Positions 7,133-13,708 of a stretch of 13,708 nucleotides of DNA are shown in pieces. Position numbers and translations under genes: made by a program. Under the pieces are notes generated by a model. The model saw nothing but the letters and a program-made list of their open reading frames with translations, had not been told where the DNA came from and made no database searches. Numbering within the stretch: the stretch's first letter is position 1; every line of letters starts with the position of its first letter. The stretch covers positions 1-13,708 of the forward strand of contig JAZDIZ010000179.1 of assembly GCA_043804515.1 (NCBI GenBank), read 5' to 3'. Origin of the DNA: Pseudomonadota bacterium (GTDB taxonomy: Bacteria; Bdellovibrionota_G; JALEGL01; DATDPG01).

Positions 7133-7453
7133 TTACTGCGACGATTCGTCTGACGGCGGTTTCTGGGCGGCCTCGGCCATCCGTTGCTGCTGCTCCTCGA
7201 TCCGCCGGTTCAGGTCGCCAATCTGCGTCACCAAGTCGTCGAGTTCGGACGGATTAAACATTCCCTCTTTCAACAGCAAGTAGGTTTTCTTTCCGAGCTC
7301 CTGGTAAACGCTCATTCGGGTTCTCTGCAGCCGGGTGGTGTCGATCTTCATCTTTCCGACGGTCGACATCCTGCGGCCCCAATCCAGGGCGTCTTTCGCA
7401 CGTGAACGCGCCTTTCCGAGCCAACGTTCGAATTTGTCCGGTGTGTCCGCCAC
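7133..7453 (-). CDS. Hypothetical helical/coiled-coil protein
   Basis: 106-aa ORF with GTG start, amphipathic helices (YQELGKKTY; IGDLNRRIEEQ), and its own promoter-like sequence. Confidence 0.7.
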   Translation of the reverse strand: MADTPDKFERWLGKARSRAKDALDWGRRMSTVGKMKIDTTRLQRTRMSVYQELGKKTYLLLKEGMFNPSELDDLVTQIGDLNRRIEEQQQRMAEAAQKPPSDESSQ

Positions 7454-7459
7454 GGGTTG

Positions 7460-7488
7460 AACCTAGCAGCCCAATCCTCCCGGATCAA
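7460..7488 (-). promoter_or_regulatory. Sigma70-like promoter, leaderless geometry
   Basis: Minus strand: TTGATC (7488-7483), 17 bp, TAGGTT (7465-7460) preceded by TGc; 6 nt to GTG at 7453. Confidence 0.6.
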
Positions 7489-8090
7489 GCCGAAGGATGT
7501 GAGGGCTCCGACTTGAAGTACGCGCGGAAATAGAAAAAGGCGGACCAGTAAGCCAGGACGAGCGCGCCGTAAACAAGCCAGGTTCCGGCGCTCATCAGGG
7601 AGACGCCGAAGAGCGCATATCCAGGTCCTCCGAGCAGGAATCCCAAGCCGAACCCCTCGCACATGGTTTTGGCTTTTCCTGACGCGCGGGACGCGATGAG
7701 AATGCCTTCATGCCCCGCGATGTCCCGCAGGCCGCTGACGACCAATTCCCGGCTCAGAAGGAGGATGGCGATGACCTCATCGACCCGCCCAAGGCGGATC
7801 AGCAGGAGCAGTGCGGCCACGACGATCAGCTTGTCCGCGACGGGGTCGAGGACCCGTCCCAGGCGCGTTATGGACTGTGTACGGCGGGCGATCCATCCGT
7901 CGAAAAGGTCCGTGAAGAACGCCGATCCGAAGAGGATGGCGGCCCAGAACTCATCCCTGCGGGTGTGGTGGCCGTGGATCAGGATCAACAGGACGGGGAC
8001 CGCCAGGATCCTAAGAAACGTAAGAGTGTTGGGTATATTGAAAACTGCGGAGTTAAGGGATCGCTTTCGTGTCTGGTCGGGTGAAGGCAT
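7485..8090 (-). CDS. pgsA: CDP-diacylglycerol--glycerol-3-phosphate 3-phosphatidyltransferase
   Basis: NIPNTLTFLR; CDP-alcohol motif TDLFDGWIARR...LGRVLDPVADK; RELVVSGLR; GKAKT. Start placed at ATG 8090 because 8213 would overlap the SLT gene by 160 bp. Confidence 0.9.
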   Translation of the reverse strand: MPSPDQTRKRSLNSAVFNIPNTLTFLRILAVPVLLILIHGHHTRRDEFWAAILFGSAFFTDLFDGWIARRTQSITRLGRVLDPVADKLIVVAALLLLIRLGRVDEVIAILLLSRELVVSGLRDIAGHEGILIASRASGKAKTMCEGFGLGFLLGGPGYALFGVSLMSAGTWLVYGALVLAYWSAFFYFRAYFKSEPSHPSA

Positions 8091-8715
8091 CTGCACTCGC
8101 GGAACGGGAAGCTCGTTCCCTAAATTCGCGGTAATACTTTCTGACCTTCGCCACATAGTCAACGGTCTCGGCGTAGGGTGGAACACCCTTGAACTTTGAA
8201 ACCGCGCCTTCACCCGCGTTGTAAGCCGCGATGGCCCGGTCCATGTCGCCGTTAAAAGTCGTCATGAGGCGCTTTAGATGACGGACCCCCCCGCGAAGGT
8301 TCTCTTCCGGATCGTGCGGATTCTCAACGCCGAGTGAGCGCGCCGTGGCGGGCATCAGCTGCATGAGGCCCCGGGCGCCCTTAGCGGAGACCGCCATCGG
8401 ATCGTACTCCGACTCGGCCTTTACGACCGCTTCGACCAGCGGCGCTTCGAGATCGAACTGATCCGCGTACGTGGAAATCAACTGGTGGAGTTTGCCCTTT
8501 GAGATCTTGCGAAGGGCGGCGCGAAACGACTCCTGGAACGTGATTTCACGGACCTGGTAGCGCACTTCGGGGTGTTCATCGGTAAAGTGAATCGTCCCTT
8601 CGTCGTCCTCGTAAGAGAAATAAACCGGCCCTGAAATGGTGTTTCCGGGTATCAGGACAAAGGTCAAGGCAACCAGAGACGGAAGCAAGAACGCGGTTTG
8701 GAAGGACCTAGACAT
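8053..8715 (-). CDS. Secreted lytic transglycosylase (SLT domain) with N-terminal DUF4124-like module
   Basis: Signal-like N-terminus; Y.Y.DDEG.IHFTD; AVVKAES (catalytic Glu), GARGLMQLMP, AAYNAG, PYAETVDYV. ATG 8715 preferred over 8766. Confidence 0.9.
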   Translation of the reverse strand: MSRSFQTAFLLPSLVALTFVLIPGNTISGPVYFSYEDDEGTIHFTDEHPEVRYQVREITFQESFRAALRKISKGKLHQLISTYADQFDLEAPLVEAVVKAESEYDPMAVSAKGARGLMQLMPATARSLGVENPHDPEENLRGGVRHLKRLMTTFNGDMDRAIAAYNAGEGAVSKFKGVPPYAETVDYVAKVRKYYREFRERASRSASADAFTRPDTKAIP

Positions 8716-8743
8716 AAAATGAAACCGAGACGTTAACTTAAGT

Positions 8744-8752
8744 ATTGTATCA
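8744..8752 (-). promoter_or_regulatory. Extended -10 (TGaTACAAT) for the SLT-pgsA operon
   Basis: Minus strand TGATACAAT about 30 nt upstream of ATG 8715, with an AT-rich region further upstream. Confidence 0.5.
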
Positions 8753-8898
8753 AACGGCAGCCTCATTAGAATAAAAATAATGAAATCAATATGATTTTTA
8801 CGAGGTCCGCGGTCCAGTACATTTTAACAAATAAACGTAAACTTTAGTTGCGCATCGTTTGCACCCCGAGGGCTATAGGCGCGAGCATCTGGCAGTTG

Positions 8899-8927
8899 TT
8901 GACAATATATATATGGGCACGTACGGT
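8899..8927 (+). promoter_or_regulatory. Sigma70 promoter of the RHH - decarboxylase - lepA operon
   Basis: Perfect TTGACA (8899-8904), 17 bp, TACGGT (8922-8927). Confidence 0.65.
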
Positions 8928-8971
8928 CACCACCGGAAGCTACGCCCGCAAGCCCAACGAAGAGGAAGCCC

Positions 8972-9142
8972 ATGTCCCGAAAGAAGATATCGACAACCGT
9001 GTACATCACGGAAGAGCAGAACGAGAAGCTGAAGCTGTTGAACAAGAAAACGAAGGTCCCCGTAGCGGAATATATCCGGCAGGGCATCGACCTGATTCTG
9101 GATCGCTACAAGAATCAGATCCCCGGCCAGATGTCTTTCTGA
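8972..9142 (+). CDS. 56-aa ribbon-helix-helix DNA-binding protein (not in the ORF track)
   Basis: MSRKKISTTVYITEEQNEKLKLLNKKTKVPVAEYIRQGIDLILDRYKNQIPGQMSF; SD-like AGAGGA upstream; alternating beta-strand then two helices; TGATG overlap with the next gene. Confidence 0.85.
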   Translation: MSRKKISTTVYITEEQNEKLKLLNKKTKVPVAEYIRQGIDLILDRYKNQIPGQMSF

Positions 9143-10074
9143 TGGCGCGGTACGTCGTTACCGGTGGAGCCGGTTTCATTGGTTCACACTTGGTGGACCG
9201 CTTGCTTGCGGATGGCCACCGCGTTGTGGCCGTGGATGACCTGTCGACCGGAAGCCGTGCCAACGTGGAGCATCTCTCCGGCGAATCAAGATTTGAATTC
9301 ATCGAAACGGACGTGTCCAAGGAGTTCCCGGATGTGGGCGAGGCGGACGGTGTGCTGCACTTCGCGTCTCCGGCCAGTCCCGTTGACTTCGTGCCTCGGG
9401 CGATCGAAATCCTGAAGGTGGGGTCCTACGGAACGTTCAACGGACTGGAATACGCCCGTCGGCGCTCGGCGTGGTTCTTTATGGCCTCCACCAGCGAGAT
9501 CTACGGCGATCCCGAGGTGAATCCGCAGCCGGAGGAATACCTGGGCAACGTCAATTCGATCGGCGTGCGCTCCGTGTACGATGAAGCCAAGCGCTTTTCG
9601 GAAGCCCTCACGATGGCTTATCACCGGACCCACAACGTGCCCACGTCGATCGTCCGAATCTTCAATACGTACGGGCCCCGCATGCGGGCTGACGACGGCC
9701 GGGTGATCCCGAACTTCATCTCGCAGGCCCTCAAGGGCCGGCCGCTTACGTTGTACGGCGACGGCAGCCAGACGCGCAGCCTCTGCTATGTCTCGGATCT
9801 CGTGGACGGTCTCCTGCGGTTCGTGAAGCAAAGGCCTCTTCCGCCGATCAATTTGGGGAACGACAACGAGATGCCGGTGAAATCCTTGGCGGAGACGATC
9901 CTCCGGCTCACGGGTTCGAAAAGCGGGATCGAGCATCAACCGCTGCCGGAAGGGGATCCCAAGCTCCGTTGTCCGTCGATCCGGCGGGCGAAGGAACTTC
10001 TGGGGTGGGTTCCGAAAGTGCCGCTTGATGATGGACTCCGGCGGACGATCGCGTATTTTGAAACCCGGATTTAG
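9142..10074 (+). CDS. UDP-glucuronate decarboxylase-like NAD-dependent epimerase/dehydratase (extended SDR)
   Basis: [30 protein letters not shown] and RIFNTYGP. True start ATG 9142; the 8848 extension is an artefact over the RHH gene. Confidence 0.92.
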   Translation: MARYVVTGGAGFIGSHLVDRLLADGHRVVAVDDLSTGSRANVEHLSGESRFEFIETDVSKEFPDVGEADGVLHFASPASPVDFVPRAIEILKVGSYGTFNGLEYARRRSAWFFMASTSEIYGDPEVNPQPEEYLGNVNSIGVRSVYDEAKRFSEALTMAYHRTHNVPTSIVRIFNTYGPRMRADDGRVIPNFISQALKGRPLTLYGDGSQTRSLCYVSDLVDGLLRFVKQRPLPPINLGNDNEMPVKSLAETILRLTGSKSGIEHQPLPEGDPKLRCPSIRRAKELLGWVPKVPLDDGLRRTIAYFETRI

Positions 10075-11879
10075 TGGGTACCTTTCCTCGACAAAACATT
10101 CGAAATTTTTCCATCATCGCGCACATCGATCATGGAAAGTCGACGCTCGCCGATCGTTTCCTGGAGCTGACGAAGGCGGTCGCCGTGCGCGACATGGAGG
10201 AGCAGTACCTGGACCGGCTGGATCTGGAACGGGAACGGGGGATCACCATCAAAGCGCAAAGCGCCAGGCTCCTTTATGAGGCCCGGGACGGGCAGTCGTA
10301 CCAGTTCAACTTGATCGACACACCCGGACACGTGGACTTTTCATACGAGGTGTCCCGAAGCCTTGCGGCATGCGAAGGCGTGATCCTGCTGGTGGACGCG
10401 TCCCAGGGGGTCCAGGCTCAAACTCTGGCCCACGTGTACCAGGCGTTGGAGCACAATCTGGAGGTGATCGTCGTCCTCAACAAGATCGACCTTCCGAACT
10501 CCGATGTGGTGCGCGTGAAGCGGGAGATCGAGGACGTAATCGGCCTGGACACGCACGAGGCGATCTCGGTCAGCGCGAAGGAAGGCACAAACGTGCTGGA
10601 GGTCTTGGAGGCGGTGGTGCGGCGCATTCCTCCGCCGAAAGGCGAAGCGCAAAAGCCCCTTAAGGCCCTGCTGTTCGACAGCTGGTATGACCCTTACCTC
10701 GGGGTGGTTTGCCTGGCCCGGGTATTCGAGGGGGTGCTGCGTACGGGAATGCAGATCCGGTTCATGTCGACCGGAAGGGAGTTCGAGGTGGAGCGCGTGG
10801 GGGTTCTGGCGCCGGAGCCGGTGGTGGTCGATGAAATTTCCGCCGGTGAAGTGGGTTTCCTGGCCGCAACAATCAAGGACGTGCGGGAGACGCGTGTGGG
10901 GGACACGGTTACGGACGCCAAGAAACCCACGGCAAAGCCGCTTCCCGGGTTCAAAATCGTCAAGCCGATGGTTTTCTGCGGGATCTTTCCCACGGCGGAG
11001 CAGAACTTCGCGGAATTGAGGGACTCCCTGGAAAAGCTGCGGCTCAACGATCCATCGTTCAGCTTCGAGCCGGAGACCTCGACGGCTCTCGGATTCGGGT
11101 TCCGATGCGGCTTCCTGGGGATGCTTCACATGGAGATCATCCAGGAGCGGCTGGAGAGGGAGTTCAATGTGGACCTGATTACGACGGCGCCGACCGTCGT
11201 CTATCAGGTGCTCCTGCAATCCGGGAAGGTCGTCGATATCGACAACCCTTCAAAGCTGCCGGAAGCGAATCATATCGAGGAAATCCGGGAACCGGTGATC
11301 CGGGCCACGATTCATACGCCCAGTGACTTTGTCGGGGCGATTCTGGCCCTTTGCGAGGGAAGGCGGGGCAAACAGGTGGGAATGGAGTATCCCACGCCGA
11401 ACCGGATGATCCTGAAGTACGATCTTCCGTTCAACGAAGTGGTGTTCGATTTTTACGACAAGCTCAAGTCCCAAAGCCGCGGGTACGCTTCCCTCGATTA
11501 CGAACTGAGAGGCTACGTCGCCTCCGATCTCGTCAAGCTCGACATCCTCATCAACGGTGACCCGGTGGATGCGCTATCGCTCATCGTGCATCGCGAGCGC
11601 GCCTACACGAAGGGACGGGATCTGACGAAGAAGATGTGGGAGATCATCCCGCGCCAGATGTTCGAGGTGGCGATCCAGGCCGCCATCGGGAGCAAGATCA
11701 TAGCGAGGGAAAGCCTCTCCGCGATGAGAAAGAACGTCACGGCGAAGTGCTACGGAGGGGACATCACCCGGAAAAGAAAACTCCTGGAGCGGCAAAAAGA
11801 GGGGAAGAAACGGATGAAGCAGGTCGGCAACGTGGAGATCCCCCAAGAAGCGTTCTTGGCCATCTTGAAAGTGGAGTAG
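10074..11879 (+). CDS. lepA: Elongation factor 4 (LepA)
   Basis: [65 protein letters not shown] overlap with the upstream gene. Confidence 0.98.
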   Translation: MGTFPRQNIRNFSIIAHIDHGKSTLADRFLELTKAVAVRDMEEQYLDRLDLERERGITIKAQSARLLYEARDGQSYQFNLIDTPGHVDFSYEVSRSLAACEGVILLVDASQGVQAQTLAHVYQALEHNLEVIVVLNKIDLPNSDVVRVKREIEDVIGLDTHEAISVSAKEGTNVLEVLEAVVRRIPPPKGEAQKPLKALLFDSWYDPYLGVVCLARVFEGVLRTGMQIRFMSTGREFEVERVGVLAPEPVVVDEISAGEVGFLAATIKDVRETRVGDTVTDAKKPTAKPLPGFKIVKPMVFCGIFPTAEQNFAELRDSLEKLRLNDPSFSFEPETSTALGFGFRCGFLGMLHMEIIQERLEREFNVDLITTAPTVVYQVLLQSGKVVDIDNPSKLPEANHIEEIREPVIRATIHTPSDFVGAILALCEGRRGKQVGMEYPTPNRMILKYDLPFNEVVFDFYDKLKSQSRGYASLDYELRGYVASDLVKLDILINGDPVDALSLIVHRERAYTKGRDLTKKMWEIIPRQMFEVAIQAAIGSKIIARESLSAMRKNVTAKCYGGDITRKRKLLERQKEGKKRMKQVGNVEIPQEAFLAILKVE

Positions 11880-11895
11880 ACTGCGCCAATATCCC

Positions 11896-11924
11896 TTGAC
11901 CCACCCCGATGCCCCCAATAGCTT
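11896..11924 (+). promoter_or_regulatory. Possible internal sigma70 promoter after lepA
   Basis: TTGACC (11896-11901), 17 bp, TAGCTT (11919-11924). Confidence 0.45.
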
Positions 11925-11956
11925 GAGGGTGGTTTTTGAACTCGAGAGGTGCAGGC

Positions 11957-12310
11957 ATGTCGGGACCTCGACGCATCACGTTTACCGGGTTGGTTCTCTT
12001 TCTCCTTCTGGCTTCGGCGCTTTACGCCTCCTACAAATACGTCCCCCTCATGTGGAAGAAAATGCAGCTCGAAAGCGTGGTGAAAGAAGAATCGTACGCG
12101 AGACGGAAGACGCCGGAGGAGGTCGCGAAGGCCATAGTGACGGCAGCTCAAACCCAGCTTGGAATCGAACTTAAAGAAGAAGACGTGGAGGTCCAACAGG
12201 AACCCGGGCGGACCCGGATCAACGTTACGTGGCGCCCAGCGATCCCCCTCCTCTTCGGGCAATCGATCTCGTACGCCTTTCATGTGAAAGTGGAGACGGT
12301 GTCGTATTGA
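11957..12310 (+). CDS. Small single-TM pilin-like protein (DUF4845-like)
   Basis: SD GAGAGG before ATG 11957; N-terminal TM ITFTGLVLFLLLASALYASYKYVP, then a helix and C-terminal beta strands. Confidence 0.6.
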   Translation: MSGPRRITFTGLVLFLLLASALYASYKYVPLMWKKMQLESVVKEESYARRKTPEEVAKAIVTAAQTQLGIELKEEDVEVQQEPGRTRINVTWRPAIPLLFGQSISYAFHVKVETVSY

Positions 12311-12383
12311 GTGCGCCCGGCCCCGCCCCGAAACTTCGGGGTGAATCGGTCTGTCGAGGGCCGGCGGCGAACGTCATTTAATC

Positions 12384-13679
12384 GTGTCTCGGATGAAGGT
12401 TCACATAAGGGGCGGGCGGATTCTGGATCCCTCGCTCGGCGTGGACCAACGGGCCGATCTGTGGATTGAAGACGGGAGAGTTCTCGCGATCCTGGGGCCG
12501 AAGGACTCCCCTCCGTCCAGGCCGGATCGGCTGCTGGATGCTTCCGGGGCCGTTGTGTCTCCCGGATTCGTGGATCTGCATACTCACCTGAGGGAGCCGG
12601 GTCAGACGGAACAAGAGGACATCGGTAGCGCCACCAAAGCGGCGGTGGCCGGGGGGTTTACAAGCGTTCTCGCGATGCCCAATACCGACCCCGTGAACGA
12701 CAGCGCCGAAGTGACGCGGTTTATCCTCGAGCGCGCCAGGTTGACGGCACGGTGCAAAGTATTTCCCGTCGGGGCCGTTTCGAAGGGCCTTCGGGGGGAG
12801 GCACTCTCGCCGATGAGGGAACTTAAGGAGGCGGGATGCAAAGCCTTCTCGGACGACGGCCGGCCCATCAACGACGCGCATTTTCTGCGCCAGGCCCTCC
12901 TATCCGTTGCCGCACTGGATTCGGTATTGATGGAACATTGCGAGGAGGCGGAGCTTTCTCGCGGCCCCACGATTCACCCGGACCCCGTGGCGGAATCGCT
13001 GGGGCTGGCGGGAATTCCGAGGTCGGCTGAAACCGTGGACGTCGCCCGCACGTTGGCTTTGGCCGCCGAGACGGGGGCCAGAACCCATCTCTGCCACATC
13101 TCGTGCGCTGCCTCGGTGGAACTCATCCGCGCGTTCAAACCTCTCGGGCGCGTGACGGCGGAAGTCGCTCCGCATCACCTACTCTTAACGGTTGATGCGA
13201 TACGGGATTGTGGTACGAACGCTAAGATGTACCCGCCGCTCCGAAGCGATGAAGACCGGCATGCGTTGCGCCTCGGTCTGGCGGACGGCACCTTGGATGC
13301 CGTGGCGACCGATCATGCGCCGCATACGCGCGAGGAAAAGAGCCGGTGCTTTCCGGATGCCCCCAACGGAATCATAGGCCTTGAAACCGCGCTCCCCGTG
13401 CTCTTGACCCTCGTACATGACGGGGCCATCTCCCTGAACCGCCTGGTGGAATGCCTTACGGTCCGCCCGGCCCGAATCGCCGGTCTTGAATCCGGGACGC
13501 TGGCGCCGGGATCGCCCGCCGACGTGGTCATCTTCACCCCGGACGAACCGCACGTGATCCAAGAAGAGGACTTTTTCTCCAAATCCCGAAACACGCCCTT
13601 TCTGGGTTTCCGTGGGCGGGGCCGGGTCGTGGCCACGCTGGTGAACGGCCTTCAAGTGTATCCGAAGGATGAGCGATGA
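12384..13679 (+). CDS. pyrC: Dihydroorotase (type I, long form)
   Basis: PGFVDLHTHLREPG, MPNT, FSDDG, EHCE, CHIS, EVAPHH, ATDHAPH, SKSRNTPF. Start is GTG 12384 or ATG 12393. Confidence 0.93.
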   Translation: MSRMKVHIRGGRILDPSLGVDQRADLWIEDGRVLAILGPKDSPPSRPDRLLDASGAVVSPGFVDLHTHLREPGQTEQEDIGSATKAAVAGGFTSVLAMPNTDPVNDSAEVTRFILERARLTARCKVFPVGAVSKGLRGEALSPMRELKEAGCKAFSDDGRPINDAHFLRQALLSVAALDSVLMEHCEEAELSRGPTIHPDPVAESLGLAGIPRSAETVDVARTLALAAETGARTHLCHISCAASVELIRAFKPLGRVTAEVAPHHLLLTVDAIRDCGTNAKMYPPLRSDEDRHALRLGLADGTLDAVATDHAPHTREEKSRCFPDAPNGIIGLETALPVLLTLVHDGAISLNRLVECLTVRPARIAGLESGTLAPGSPADVVIFTPDEPHVIQEEDFFSKSRNTPFLGFRGRGRVVATLVNGLQVYPKDER

Positions 13680-13708
13680 CCGGATCCTGGAACGCACGCA
13701 GGTGTCTC
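13676..13708 (+). CDS. Start of the next coupled gene (MTGSWNARRCL...), possibly carbamoyl-phosphate synthase small subunit by context only
   Basis: ATGA overlap with the pyrC stop; frame open to the window end; only 11 codons visible. Confidence 0.4.
   Translation, partial: MTGSWNARRCL

Noticed and set aside
8091..8213. Extended N-terminus of pgsA
   Set aside because: It overlaps the conserved C-terminal part of the SLT gene; PgsA similarity begins at NIPN.
8848..9141. 98-aa N-terminal extension of the 408-aa ORF
   Set aside because: It overlies a promoter and the RHH gene in another frame; the SDR Rossmann motif starts right after ATG 9142.
8972..9142. Calling the RHH protein CdbA
   Set aside because: It lacks the KQSLYFP/RSLSW signature I recall for the CdbA/CdbB family; only the fold class is shared.
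12311..12383. PyrR attenuator upstream of pyrC
   Set aside because: There is a GC hairpin (12325-12342) but no PyrR-binding loop consensus and no U-tract terminator.

Overview
GC-rich bacterial chromosomal window. Gene content and style (TIGR02266-like PilZ protein, small RHH protein, lepA..pyrC order) suggest a deltaproteobacteria-like lineage (Bdellovibrionota/Myxococcota-like); this is an inference. Most genes are housekeeping or signalling: partial Rsm22/METTL17-like methyltransferase, C26 glutamine-amidotransferase-type hydrolase, PilZ protein, trxB, a membrane protein, GDPD, a degenerate-GGDEF/EAL phosphodiesterase, tRNA-Ala(GGC), a small helical protein, pgsA, a lytic transglycosylase, a coupled RHH - UDP-glucuronate decarboxylase - lepA operon, a DUF4845-like protein and pyrC. 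The unusual part is the ~1.4 kb downstream of tRNA-Ala (5540-6934). It holds an orphan lipoprotein gene, several kinds of REP-like palindromes, and a ~300-bp integrase-less segment bounded by a duplicated tRNA 3' end. That duplicate is itself split in the T-loop by a 94-bp hairpin-rich insert and could fold into an enlarged tRNA-like RNA. The ORF track also misses a 56-aa ribbon-helix-helix gene (8972-9142) ending in a beta-clamp-like motif (GQMSF). No integrase, transposase, CRISPR array or recognisable defence system is visible.
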